Shown here in pieces: positions 9,956 to 19,754 of a stretch of DNA of 64,000 nucleotides. The translations under genes and the position numbers were made by a program. The notes under the pieces are model-generated. The model had not been told where the DNA came from. It saw only the letters and a program-made list of their open reading frames with translations, and searched no databases. Numbering within the stretch: position 1 is the first letter of the stretch; every line of letters begins with the position of its first letter. Origin of the DNA: Candidatus Hydrogenedentota bacterium (lineage in GTDB: Bacteria; Hydrogenedentota; Hydrogenedentia; Hydrogenedentales; JAEUWI01); NCBI GenBank assembly GCA_034669905.1, contig JAXMOL010000011.1, positions 32,001 through 96,000 of the forward strand, given 5' to 3'.

Positions 9956-12900
9956 TTATTGAATGATGATGGGACCTTGTTTCAGGGCCTCACCAAGCTG
10001 CTTCTTGACCGCATCGACCCAGGCATCGATATCCTCCTGGCTCTTCAGTGTAGGACGGGGTAAATGTACCGTCTGGGCCTTGGGCTCGCAAAGTTTGGCG
10101 GCACTGGCGGCTACATTGTTGAAGCGGGATGACATGGCGGCCACCCGATCCCGGAAAGCGGCCAATCCACAACTCTCCAGACTATTCAGCACATCCGACG
10201 TCGTCTTTACATCGACCTTGGGCCGGGCGGCTTCGTGAAGATGCTGGCTTGCCATGAGTTCGAAGCGCTGTTCCGGCTCCAACTGCTGCCAGTTTGGGTC
10301 ATCGTGAAGTCGTTTCATCCCTTCCTCATGTTGGGATTTGTAGGCTTCATCCAATCGATTCAGCTCTTCCCGCAACATTTGGGAGACGTTTTTCAGGAGC
10401 GGGGCTACGGGATCGGGCTTGGCCAAGAGCTGTCGCTGATCCTCGATGGTTTTCAACTGGGCCAACAGCACCTCGGCATCCGCTAGTTCCGTGGCGTGTG
10501 CCATAAGGCGGGCCAGGGTACTCCAATCGGATTGTCGGTCCGAAATCTGCTGGGCCAATGCCCCCCAGGACTCGATGGCGTCAATCAGTTCTTCCCGGCG
10601 GTTGAAGATAGCCAGTAACTGTTCATTGCCCACCGTAAGACGGATTTCTTCGAGGAAGGCCGTATCGGGGCGTTGGGGTTTCGGGGGCTCACCACCAGCG
10701 GCGTCAGCCAGTTCCAACAATTTCTGGAGAAAGGCCGGAATATGGCTGGATTCTTCCCCTTGTTTGGCGGAGATACCTGCTTTTTGAAGTACCTTCCGGA
10801 TTTGTATCCGTTGGGGTGTGGTGACTGTGGTGGACTCCACTTTGAATTCCGCTTTACCAATCGCTTTGCGTTCCAATTCACGGGGGTCAATGACCTTACC
10901 GTGGTCCGCTTCCGCACGAATCTGGCCCGACACCAGAAGGATTTGAAGTCCACCGTCAATGGCATCCCCAGACCACCCGTAGGGGGCACGCTCGAAGTTT
11001 TGCCGGATGTCTGCGCCACATTTTCCACCGGCGATATAACCGAGGACGGCCTTACATACCGGGTTACGGGCCACGTCCCCGTCATCACTTACGGCCTTTA
11101 AGGCATCGGGTGCACCAGTCTTGGCCTTGACATAGACTTTTGACCAACCGGGATGGTCGGCCGCCTGGAATTGGGGGTAGAGGCGCTGCATGGCGTTGTG
11201 AGCCGCTTCCAGCAATGCCGTCTGCAGGTTATCTCCGGTGATTTCATTGCCCCCCCCTTGGAATACCCGTGCCCCGGAAAAGGCATCGTTCAACAGTGAG
11301 TTGATACGTCCTTCGGCGCTTTGCCGGGTCGTTTCCATAGCGGAACGGGCTTCCGTGCCCTCGGGGGTATTGGGAACACCACGCTTGTCGAGTGTGGCCG
11401 CCGCTGCTTTGTAGTCGATGATTTGTTGACGCAAGTCATCGGCGGAACGTTTTGGAATGTAGACAAACACCGTGGGGGATTGATTGCCCGACTGGCGCGC
11501 ATCGGCCCGAACGTCATTCTCACTGACACTCCATCCGTCGCGAACCCAAATGCAGATCTTCTGGTCGGCATCCTTGGGAAGCTCGGATTCGAACACGGGG
11601 GAAACATCACGCGGAACCTTGGACATACCTTGGGACAGATTCAGCCGTCCCCCCAATTTAGCAAAGGTTTTTCGAATGCGGTCATCCCGTTCAGCGTCTA
11701 CCCGGTAGGCTTCGTTGGCAAGATTGGCCTGCTGGCCCAGGAACTCATCGTTCCAGGCCGTGCTCTCCTCCGTCTGAATGCGATATTCATCCCCGATTTT
11801 CATCAGGAGGTCACAGGAGTCCAGCAATCCAGGCAGCTTACTTCGCAGCGATGCGGAACCTGTGGACAAATCCTCTACCATCAAATCGGCCACGGTATCG
11901 ACCGTCGCCTGTATACCGATTTCCGTGTTGCTGCTGGAAAGCTTGTTGATAAGGAACACCAGGCCACAGGCTCGGGCACGAAGCACATCATCTTCCTTAC
12001 CCTTGCGCCAAGCCATCGTCTTTTCGTGGACTTTTCGGGGTAGGGTACGGGATTGGAGTAGTTTTTCCGCCGAATCGAAGTACAGGTAGTCGGCGGGGAC
12101 CACATGGCCCAGAGAATCATCCAGATTGGTCTGAATGACCTTGTGCACCATGCTCAATTGATTCCGAACCTGGCTGTCGGTACCGGTTTGGTCCAGTACA
12201 CGCAGGGTATTTTCCCAGAAGCGACGACGGACGGGGAGAATGGGATAATCCTGGCTAAAATCAGATACATCGTCCAGACGGTGGGCTATCTGCGTACCGG
12301 ACAAGTGGCGGGAGACTTCCCCGATATTTGCTTCCATCAGTTGTTGGATAGGTTCTCGGGCCTCGGGTTTCTTGGCGAGGACCACCTGACGAACTACGGC
12401 ATCCACATCGGTATCGGAAAGCTCAATTCGAATGGTGAATCGACCCTCCAAACGTTTCAGATTGCTGGTGCCGGTCACGGCGGTCTGCCCTGTACCCACG
12501 ACGAGGATTTTACCGCCGATATTCTTACAGCAGGCTTCGAGGGCTTCCTGCACTTCAATTGAGCGGTCAGGGCTATCCCCAATGAACTGTTGCACCTCAT
12601 CCAAAATTAGCACGGTAAGAGGAAACTTACCGCCTGTGGTGAGTGTATCGCGAATGGCCTTGACCATTGCGTCACTTGAGACATCCTGCACGAAGGGATA
12701 GAGATTGTTGAGCGTTTCCACACAGGCATCGGGAGAGCTGAATAGCCCCGGTTTGGCTTTTGCCAGGGCCTGGTGCAACCCCTCCGCCACATACATGTTG
12801 TCGAGTTCTTCGTCCCAATCGAGACCATCGTTGATGACATGGTCCCGGACTTCTTCATATATCCCCTCCTGCTTGAGCCACAACACCAGGCGGGCAACGG

Positions 12901-13393
12901 GGTACTGTTCGGGAAGGTCAGCCGATTTGAAAATAATTCGCAGGAGCGCAAGCCGTACACTGCCACTCGCTCCCGAACCTAGCGTTCCCGATGCAGCATG
13001 TACACCGCCGTGGCGTTTGCCTTGGGTGCTGAGTTCTATGAAGTGATCGCGAATGGAGTCTGGTAGATGGGCGATATCTCGGGCGGTCGCCTTGTCCGAG
13101 AACTCGGTATTCATCCACAGTGCCCGCAACATTTTTACCAAGTGGGATTTACCGGAGCCGTAGAAGCCACTCACCCAGACGGCGGGTTGCTGGGCTTGGT
13201 CGATGTTCTTCAGATAGGTGTCGAGGATGTGGGCCATACCCCGTTCGTATTGGCCATCGCAGACGAAAGTCTCCAGCTCATAGCGCAGAACTTCACGGGC
13301 TTTGTCCGTATGCTCGTCGTTCACGTTGGCAACGCCTTCGTTCACCAACTTTCTGGAGGTCGGTTCGACCTGATAGACATCCCTGTTAAGCAT
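9956..13393 (-). CDS. brxC: BREX P-loop ATPase BrxC
   Basis: Walker A VSGFYGSGKSH, Walker B ILDEVQQF and YELETFVCDGQY. Likely start is ATG 13393 with a GAGGGG RBS. Confidence 0.93.
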   Translation of the reverse strand: MLNRDVYQVEPTSRKLVNEGVANVNDEHTDKAREVLRYELETFVCDGQYERGMAHILDTYLKNIDQAQQPAVWVSGFYGSGKSHLVKMLRALWMNTEFSDKATARDIAHLPDSIRDHFIELSTQGKRHGGVHAASGTLGSGASGSVRLALLRIIFKSADLPEQYPVARLVLWLKQEGIYEEVRDHVINDGLDWDEELDNMYVAEGLHQALAKAKPGLFSSPDACVETLNNLYPFVQDVSSDAMVKAIRDTLTTGGKFPLTVLILDEVQQFIGDSPDRSIEVQEALEACCKNIGGKILVVGTGQTAVTGTSNLKRLEGRFTIRIELSDTDVDAVVRQVVLAKKPEAREPIQQLMEANIGEVSRHLSGTQIAHRLDDVSDFSQDYPILPVRRRFWENTLRVLDQTGTDSQVRNQLSMVHKVIQTNLDDSLGHVVPADYLYFDSAEKLLQSRTLPRKVHEKTMAWRKGKEDDVLRARACGLVFLINKLSSSNTEIGIQATVDTVADLMVEDLSTGSASLRSKLPGLLDSCDLLMKIGDEYRIQTEESTAWNDEFLGQQANLANEAYRVDAERDDRIRKTFAKLGGRLNLSQGMSKVPRDVSPVFESELPKDADQKICIWVRDGWSVSENDVRADARQSGNQSPTVFVYIPKRSADDLRQQIIDYKAAAATLDKRGVPNTPEGTEARSAMETTRQSAEGRINSLLNDAFSGARVFQGGGNEITGDNLQTALLEAAHNAMQRLYPQFQAADHPGWSKVYVKAKTGAPDALKAVSDDGDVARNPVCKAVLGYIAGGKCGADIRQNFERAPYGWSGDAIDGGLQILLVSGQIRAEADHGKVIDPRELERKAIGKAEFKVESTTVTTPQRIQIRKVLQKAGISAKQGEESSHIPAFLQKLLELADAAGGEPPKPQRPDTAFLEEIRLTVGNEQLLAIFNRREELIDAIESWGALAQQISDRQSDWSTLARLMAHATELADAEVLLAQLKTIEDQRQLLAKPDPVAPLLKNVSQMLREELNRLDEAYKSQHEEGMKRLHDDPNWQQLEPEQRFELMASQHLHEAARPKVDVKTTSDVLNSLESCGLAAFRDRVAAMSSRFNNVAASAAKLCEPKAQTVHLPRPTLKSQEDIDAWVDAVKKQLGEALKQGPIIIQ

Positions 13394-13404
13394 GGTTCCC
13401 CTCT

Positions 13405-13956
13405 TCATGATTCCCGGTCGGCAGTGATCGGAACGGCCAAATAATTCCACCCATCGTACCCATCGAGCAGACGGTAATTGTTCTTCTCGTAGCTACCAGG
13501 AAAAAAGACCAGCAAGCGGCCTTTCACCAAGGGAGCAAGTTTATCGACGACATCTTTGACCTTCAGGAAGCCAAACAGCGATCCGACCCCTTTGAGCGCG
13601 ACGACGGTATTGTCGTCGGCCCCCTGTTGTTCCAGGGATGCGCCGAACTCTTCAGTAATGTAGTCGAGATATTTCGGAAGGAGTGTGGGCAGCAGGTGAG
13701 GCTTCTGAAAATAGCTCTTTGCATACCGTTGTGAAGCTAACCAAGTGGCAAACGTATCGGTCAGGTCGAAGGAGAGCCACTCATGTTCGGCATGGTGTGT
13801 TGCCAACTCGAATTCATCAAACCGGGCACGCAGCATACGCTCGTCGCCCTCGGTATAGACGCAAAAAATGACCCGCTGGGCAGCAGCCGAATCGTCACGC
13901 CACGGAATGGCGATATACTTCCCGAAGTTCTGGGTTAAGCGCTTAACTTTGCTCAC
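13405..13956 (-). CDS. brxB: BREX protein BrxB (DUF1788)
   Basis: 183 aa. C-terminal GRLLVFFPGSYEKNNYRLLDGYDGWNYLA, positioned between brxA and brxC. Confidence 0.88.
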   Translation of the reverse strand: MSKVKRLTQNFGKYIAIPWRDDSAAAQRVIFCVYTEGDERMLRARFDEFELATHHAEHEWLSFDLTDTFATWLASQRYAKSYFQKPHLLPTLLPKYLDYITEEFGASLEQQGADDNTVVALKGVGSLFGFLKVKDVVDKLAPLVKGRLLVFFPGSYEKNNYRLLDGYDGWNYLAVPITADRES

Positions 13957-14752
13957 GTAGCCACCCCATTTCCTCTTCCCGAATTATCCCTGGGAATTGT
14001 ACATCAATTACGTCGCCGATTCGCTTGAAAATAATCCAGCCCTTGCGTGAAGCCTCTTCAGCCAGCTCTAGCGCACGTGAATAGGGACAGTCCAGTATGC
14101 CAATGAAATCGGATTGGAAGAGCAGCCTTCCACGGCCACCGGAAATATAGGCTAGAAACAGTGCATAGGCTACGCTTCCTGGTGTGGGGGTAGATTCGGT
14201 TCGGACCTTTCGAGCTCTTCCCGAAAGATGACCTGACTTGGTCCAGCTGGAGTTTATATTCTGGGCGATGGACTTCAAAGTAGCCGGACTAAAGCGGTCC
14301 TGTTCCGCGCCTTCTATGATTTCCTCAATGGCCTCACGAGGAACGATTGCACCCACTGGGCAACGTTGCATGAAAGGCCCTGTCAATTTGAATAGTGGAT
14401 CGCGTGCATAAACACACAATAGCGCAACTTGAGGGCGACCCGGTGTATCTCGCTGCCAAAAATGGAGGAAACCCCGAAATATTGCCACCGACGGATCGAG
14501 CGCATAAAGGTCAACGAGATGACGGAAGGTGAGAGTACGGGTCTTCTCGGAGCGTTTTCCGAGTACGTTGTGCTCGACGATAGCCTCACGGCATGACTCG
14601 GGGTTGCAATCGGAAAGCTCCATGCTGTCAAGCAGCAATTCCAGCTCCTGAAGCATCATTGTCCGAGACATGTGCGCACCGCTTCTACCATCTTTAAAGC
14701 CCAAGCGCGTCTTGACTGACTGATCACCTGGTGTATCTATGTCTGCACTCAA
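13943..14752 (-). CDS. brxA: BREX protein BrxA-like
   Basis: First gene of the operon and overlaps brxB. Contains SRTMMLQEL, NVLGKRS and SIAQNINSSWTKSGHL, as seen in BrxA-position genes. Confidence 0.75.
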   Translation of the reverse strand: MSADIDTPGDQSVKTRLGFKDGRSGAHMSRTMMLQELELLLDSMELSDCNPESCREAIVEHNVLGKRSEKTRTLTFRHLVDLYALDPSVAIFRGFLHFWQRDTPGRPQVALLCVYARDPLFKLTGPFMQRCPVGAIVPREAIEEIIEGAEQDRFSPATLKSIAQNINSSWTKSGHLSGRARKVRTESTPTPGSVAYALFLAYISGGRGRLLFQSDFIGILDCPYSRALELAEEASRKGWIIFKRIGDVIDVQFPGIIREEEMGWLREQS

Positions 14753-14932
14753 TCCTCACCCCGATCTAGAAGCCAACAGCACGTATCGTAGGAAAGCGCT
14801 CTCCCGAAGCATTGTATGTGGGACCATATGGCATGACACACTCAACTCGATAGGTCGCCGTATTGCACCATGCCAGTCGAAACACTGCTGAGCGATTAGA
14901 ACCGCGTAGTTCTTTCCCGGCAACAGCCTCGT

Positions 14933-14941
14933 ATTATAACA
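14933..14941 (-). promoter_or_regulatory. Candidate extended -10 promoter (TGTTATAAT) for the BREX operon
   Basis: Minus-strand TGnTATAAT about 180 bp upstream of brxA. Confidence 0.35.
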
Positions 14942-15527
14942 CACCGACAGCTGGTGGCTCGATTCGTTGTGGTCTGTAATGACCCCATATACGTACCACT
15001 CATCCATTCCAAATTCCGGAACAACGCGAGGAAAATCCATGTAATCCCCTCGGCTACGTATCGGTGATGCAAGCGGAAGAAAAACCAAATATCCGGTTTT
15101 TCTGGGCGGCACTTATGCCGGCAAATCTGTGACGATACGAGTGAAAAAATGACAGCATTGGGCCAGCTTGCCGAAGTAATATCGGGATCGAATCTGATTT
15201 ATTCCAGGGCATGGAACCTTTGGGGCGACCGGGGTATTAATACAAGCCACATACGTGTGGACGGGACAATGTTCGAGGGCGATAGTGGTGTCCGAATATT
15301 CTTTTGGCGGCACCATTTTTAGCGGACTTCGAATGGACTTTTTCCATACTATGTGGCAAACTACTTATACCAGACCTATATTACGCTAGAAATATTAAAA
15401 AAGCACACCGTCAGCAACGAAAGGAGGCGCAGCCAGGCTGACACGAAGAAAAGCGCTTGGTCACGTATTGGCCAAGTGCTCGTTGAGCATATTACGAATG
15501 AACATATAAAAAAAAGGAATCATCCCT

Positions 15528-16292
15528 ATGCATTCGCAGTCATACAATAATTCAACTGTAAGTACCAGAAATTTTCAATCCAGGGGGAACAACCATTTCA
15601 CCATGTCCGATGGACTTCAGGGCGTTGACCTTGAATTCGCAAAGACCACATTGGTCATTGGACGCTCTTTGAGCAGACTTACGTCTGCGTTACAACGACA
15701 AGGCCTGAACAACCAAGCTATCGGGACAGAAATCAAAAATCGGCTTCGCCTTGAGCCGGGGTTCGCAGCCCAATGTGTGCGAATATCCCGCGCTTACCGA
15801 CCCGAAGAAAATGAAGCAGACGGATTCGAGTTCTACTACCTGATAGCGATACCGCATGAAGTGCTACTCGAATTTCTCCAACACATTATCCAGTACTTCA
15901 AAGACCCTACCCAGGGGATCGGCCCTAATATGTGGGTGTCGAAGAAGTCGATTGAGATATATATCGCGTTGGAAACAGGCCCGCCTCAGTGGTGGGACCT
16001 GAAATTCTTGACCACGGAGCATGTCAAAGCACTTCCAACGCTGGTATCTCAGATTGGACCTCCGCCCCAGCAACAGGCGTCCAATAGCTATGGGCAATCA
16101 GGGTCGTCATACCAAGCGAGTCACCCTCCCAATGGCGGGCAAGACAGGGATGATGATATTGATCCACTTTCCGCTAGCGAGGAACTCTCCATGGAAGAGA
16201 GCTTCAAACAATATTACCGGGAAAGATTACGTTCGACCCCTCAGAACCCCGACACTCAATCTATTGGCAACCGCCCCGAATATAAGCTGTAA
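15528..16292 (+). CDS. Hypothetical protein (island paralog family, DUF3102-like helical N-terminal region)
   Basis: 254-aa ORF with an AAGGA RBS, followed by a terminator. Aligns by eye with 22022..22696. Confidence 0.75.
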   Translation: MHSQSYNNSTVSTRNFQSRGNNHFTMSDGLQGVDLEFAKTTLVIGRSLSRLTSALQRQGLNNQAIGTEIKNRLRLEPGFAAQCVRISRAYRPEENEADGFEFYYLIAIPHEVLLEFLQHIIQYFKDPTQGIGPNMWVSKKSIEIYIALETGPPQWWDLKFLTTEHVKALPTLVSQIGPPPQQQASNSYGQSGSSYQASHPPNGGQDRDDDIDPLSASEELSMEESFKQYYRERLRSTPQNPDTQSIGNRPEYKL

Positions 16293-16315
16293 CTTAAAAC
16301 TGGCCTCATCGACCG

Positions 16316-16348
16316 GCCCCGGAGTTCCTATGCTCCGGGGCTTTTTTC
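16316..16348 (+). terminator. Rho-independent terminator
   Basis: GCCCCGGAG-ttcctatg-CTCCGGGGC followed by T7. Confidence 0.85.
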
Positions 16349-16611
16349 ATGGTCCCGATTGGCGTGCTGAACGAATAAAACCCACTGGTGTGACGGTTGT
16401 GACGCTCTGAAAGCTTAACCTCCTATTCACCAGGACGAATAAGGGTTCTTACTTTTACTCCGTCACGAGCTTCACGGGGTATTTTTGTCATACCGACTAC
16501 CCCTCCAATGGGTAAGAACCATCGTGCCCCATTGGCCTTCTCCCCGGAAAAACGCCCACAAGAAGAAAACCCAGGGTAATTCCTAGGTTTTCCACAAGTT
16601 TTCAACTGATG

Positions 16612-16887
16612 CTACCGGGCTTTAGCACTGGCCCCAACAGATTCCCGCTCAATCACCTCATCAAACAATTCCCTGATCACATTGATGTCGTGGCAAGGCT
16701 GGAGAAAATACATTTTTCTGCCGTCTTCGAAAGTGAGGACCGTTTTGATGTTGGAGGTATTGTTTTCAAAACGGACGGATGATACCGTCTTGCCTAGGAT
16801 ACTGCGGCGAATCGTTTCCAAATGGGCTTTCCCCTCCTTGCTCATCATGAACCGCATAATATCGGTGTAATCGCTTCCGTCGCCCAT
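16612..16887 (-). CDS. Small hypothetical protein
   Basis: 91-aa ORF, 2 bp from the upstream gene and last in a co-oriented run. Confidence 0.7.
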   Translation of the reverse strand: MGDGSDYTDIMRFMMSKEGKAHLETIRRSILGKTVSSVRFENNTSNIKTVLTFEDGRKMYFLQPCHDINVIRELFDEVIERESVGASAKAR

Positions 16888-16889
16888 GG

Positions 16890-17195
16890 CTAATACTCCT
16901 CGGGCAGCAGGAACGTAGTAGCTTGCCGGTTGTGGTCTGTGTCGATTTCGGCATCGGTGATGATCCAGATTTGGGTTTCATCCGGGAGTAGATACGAGCT
17001 CAAGATACGGCTACCGTCCTTGATGGCCATGTCGTTGAGATACCCGTCTTCATCGCTGACAACACCCCAGTCACCGGTCAGATGTCGTCCTAGATATTCC
17101 CGGCCACTGGTGTTGTTCCGTTCAAAAGCCTCCAGGGCACCGGGTGTGGCAACAATCTGACCCAGCTTGAATTTGGGTTTGGTTTCGGTCTTCAT
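16890..17195 (-). CDS. Mobile-element hypothetical protein
   Basis: FKLGQIVATPGAL...YLGRHLTGDWG...RILSSY...IWIITDA...TTFLLPEEY, a recognisable plasmid/ICE/phage small-protein pattern. Confidence 0.85.
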   Translation of the reverse strand: MKTETKPKFKLGQIVATPGALEAFERNNTSGREYLGRHLTGDWGVVSDEDGYLNDMAIKDGSRILSSYLLPDETQIWIITDAEIDTDHNRQATTFLLPEEY

Positions 17196-17353
17196 AGACT
17201 GATCTCCGTTATCCCCTGTTCATCTGGCATCGGCACCACCGTAAAATGGGTCGCCATTGAATAAGGGTCTCGTTGGATTCTTAATGCGATTTCAGCCGCA
17301 TCCTTCGCGGACTCGGCGGTCAGTTCGATTTTCCAGACGACGTAATATTCCAT
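17192..17353 (-). CDS. Small hypothetical protein (53 aa), below the ORF-track cutoff
   Basis: MEYYVVWKIELTAESAKDAAEIALRIQRDPYSMATHFTVVPMPDEQGITEISL. Has a GGGGGA RBS and an ATGA overlap with the next gene. Confidence 0.75.
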   Translation of the reverse strand: MEYYVVWKIELTAESAKDAAEIALRIQRDPYSMATHFTVVPMPDEQGITEISL

Positions 17354-17368
17354 GACGCTTCCCCCAGG

Positions 17369-17707
17369 CTATCTCTCAGCCTGGAACTGAGAAACCACGC
17401 CGTGAAAATGGCAGGAGGGGCATTCACAAGGGGAGCCCAATCCCCATTCCGCCGGTTGTGATTTGTCGAGTTCGAGGTAGTCGTGGAAAATCAGCAAGAA
17501 CTCCTTCACCTGGATTTTGAAGCTGCCCCGGTGACGACACTGCGGACAGGAAAGGCTCTGGATAGTCGGTGTATCATCGCTGGGATAATCCTCCTCATAG
17601 TCGTCCCAGTCCTCCTCGAAGAAGTCGTGGGTATCTCGCTTCGGCCTACGGAAATCCTTCCAAATCCAATTGAAAAGCCATTTCAGGGCCTTGTAGACAA
17701 ATTTCAT
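17369..17707 (-). CDS. Hypothetical zinc-ribbon protein
   Basis: Start MKFVYKAL with an AAGGA RBS. Two CxxC pairs (CPQC, CPSC). Confidence 0.7.
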   Translation of the reverse strand: MKFVYKALKWLFNWIWKDFRRPKRDTHDFFEEDWDDYEEDYPSDDTPTIQSLSCPQCRHRGSFKIQVKEFLLIFHDYLELDKSQPAEWGLGSPCECPSCHFHGVVSQFQAER

Positions 17708-17820
17708 GGGAAATTCCTTTCTAAATGGAAAAACCGCCCTCGGTATAGGCGGTCTTGGTTGGTATCGACTCTGATGGACGTTACTGGCCAGCGCTGGCCA
17801 ATCAGGCTGTAGGGGGGAAA

Positions 17821-18180
17821 TCAAGCGCTTGTTTTCACCGATAGCCGCTGATATAGGGATTGCAAGTCTTGATTGAGTTGGGTCAACGCGGCGTCGACCA
17901 TGTCCGGGTAGTAGCCACATCGCTGGAACGCTTCCTCATCGTCGTAGCAACAGCAGCCGAGGTATTCCGTGGCCTCTTGATTCTCCCATGACACCGTTAC
18001 CGCCACCGAAGCCCAGGCCCAAATGTCATCCATTTCCAATCGGTGTAGAATTTCATCCTCGACCGTCCGGTCAAAGTTGTCATCACCCGAGATACAGGCG
18101 TTTCCACGGACTGGAATATCATCAGTAACGGCTTCCAGATGGATGCTTACATCGTCAATACCCAGGGTCTTACATGGCAT
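17821..18180 (-). CDS. Hypothetical protein
   Basis: Likely start MPCKTLG overlapping the upstream stop. Acidic, with WAWASVAVTV and YLGCCCY. Confidence 0.7.
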   Translation of the reverse strand: MPCKTLGIDDVSIHLEAVTDDIPVRGNACISGDDNFDRTVEDEILHRLEMDDIWAWASVAVTVSWENQEATEYLGCCCYDDEEAFQRCGYYPDMVDAALTQLNQDLQSLYQRLSVKTSA

Positions 18181-18625
18181 GGGTTTCTTCCTTAGCCACA
18201 CGGGTGTAAAAGCGCGTACCCATCGGAGAGTCACAACGCGTGAACAAATGGGTTTCATTGGCGAAGTCACCGAATCCAATATGTTTCAAATTGGGCTCAT
18301 CGTGGATGGAGAGAAGGTTCAGATTCGGAACCGTGTTGGATCCGCCATCCACAATCTGGTGAGCCTTTTCCATCAATTCACGAACGTATTCCTCATCCGT
18401 TGGTACCTGAATTTCTTCGGCTTCACCCAAGTCATAGGCTCGGTGCAAGGCGTCTTCCAGATTCCACAGCTGATACCATCCGCCCAGTTCGACGTGATGA
18501 CCGGGACACTGACGAGAGGTGTTGTCCAGTTTTCGGAAGGCTTTCTCTGCCATTTCCCTGGACATGTCTCCCAGATCCAAATGAAATTCTGCCCCGCATT
18601 TATTACAGGTGGTCTTGATGTACAT
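18170..18625 (-). CDS. Hypothetical protein with N-terminal CxxC
   Basis: Start MYIKTTCNKCG with an AAAGGAG RBS; also CPGHH. Confidence 0.7.
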   Translation of the reverse strand: MYIKTTCNKCGAEFHLDLGDMSREMAEKAFRKLDNTSRQCPGHHVELGGWYQLWNLEDALHRAYDLGEAEEIQVPTDEEYVRELMEKAHQIVDGGSNTVPNLNLLSIHDEPNLKHIGFGDFANETHLFTRCDSPMGTRFYTRVAKEETHAM

Positions 18626-18660
18626 GTATGTCTCCTTTCTGTCTGGTGTTTTGGTAAAGA

Positions 18661-18698
18661 AAAAGCTCCCCATCGTCCGTGTTGGAAGATGGGGAGCC
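18661..18698 (-). terminator. Intrinsic terminator-like hairpin after the DUF932-like gene
   Basis: GCTCCCCATC...GATGGGGAGC stem followed by a T-tract on the minus strand. Confidence 0.6.
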
Positions 18699-18728
18699 AA
18701 TGGGATTGATGATGATGTTGTAATGGGA

Positions 18729-19754
18729 TTAGTTGACGAGGGACAACAGCTTGGACGCTTTCATGTCCAGTTCGGTTCGATCACCCGCATTGGGATTCTT
18801 ACCCGCCAAACGAGTGAGGGCGTCCACGATGCTGAAGATAGTGAACTTCCCGTTCTGCTGGGCAATCTTCAGGGCTTCTTTGGCCAAGCTTTGATTGAAA
18901 CCCCGTTTTGTCAGGAGTTTCAGGGCTTCTTCGTCGTCTTTGCCCAGTTTTTCCTTCATGGCTTTCTTGATCACGTTGGCAAAGCCATCCCGACGTTCGT
19001 CCCGTTTTTTCGCCAGTTGTTCAACGTGATGACGAATGGGGTCGAGGCTGTCGTGAACCCGAGCCGTATGCTTCCGAGAGAACTCGGTCACATCCGTGGC
19101 GTCCCAGACGATATGGTTTTGACACACGGCCTGGAACCAGAAGGTCTGAATACCCACCGTCCGCTTACCGACTTCGCTGTTCCAAAGAAAGAAGCCCGGA
19201 GCAAAGGCTTCCCCTTCGATTTCGGTCCACCCCGTGGGGTCGATTAGGAAAACAAACATATCCTGTTCCCCGCAGTAGAGACCGGATCCACCAGAAGCAG
19301 CAGTCTGAGCGGGTTGGAAATCTACAGCAAATTCATTAACCGTGTTCAACAAGTCAGCGTTAAATAGACGGGTATAGGCTGCCCCGTGGATGGAACGCAC
19401 CTGCTCACCTTCGGTGAGGAACTGCATGGGTTTGGTGCCACCAGGAAGGGTATCCCGAAGGATATCCACCGCTGTCTCGGGGCGTACCTTGTTGACCGTA
19501 TCTTTGGCCACACCAGCTAATTTACAAAGCTGGGTGAAGCTCCAGTTATTGAGCGTGTGGTTACCATCTTCACCCAGGGAAAGCATGGGAGCATGGTTCT
19601 CAAGGATGGGTTGGATATCCCTGGGGGCAATCCATTTCTCCACCGCATTTTTCTTCTGCTCATGGCAGTGGTTGTAGAGGGTTTTGAGATCCGGAAAGAT
19701 CTCGTCCGGGGATCGTGAGAATAATTCGTCGTGTGCTTTCGTCAAGTGTGGCAT
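18729..19754 (-). CDS. DUF932-family protein (phage/plasmid)
   Basis: Start MPHLTKAHDELF with an AGGAG RBS. Contains GFFLWNSEVG...FQAVCQNHIVW...SRKHT, the DUF932-like NS/C-N/H pattern. Confidence 0.75.
   Translation of the reverse strand: MPHLTKAHDELFSRSPDEIFPDLKTLYNHCHEQKKNAVEKWIAPRDIQPILENHAPMLSLGEDGNHTLNNWSFTQLCKLAGVAKDTVNKVRPETAVDILRDTLPGGTKPMQFLTEGEQVRSIHGAAYTRLFNADLLNTVNEFAVDFQPAQTAASGGSGLYCGEQDMFVFLIDPTGWTEIEGEAFAPGFFLWNSEVGKRTVGIQTFWFQAVCQNHIVWDATDVTEFSRKHTARVHDSLDPIRHHVEQLAKKRDERRDGFANVIKKAMKEKLGKDDEEALKLLTKRGFNQSLAKEALKIAQQNGKFTIFSIVDALTRLAGKNPNAGDRTELDMKASKLLSLVN

Noticed and set aside
15078..15103. Inverted repeat AGAAAAACC-n8-GGTTTTTCT as a BrxR operator
   Set aside because: No WYL-domain brxR gene is in the window and the repeat is low-complexity, so it cannot be assigned.
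14756..15550. Short ORFs between brxA and ORF 15528
   Set aside because: No convincing RBS or protein-like composition; more likely a divergent promoter region.
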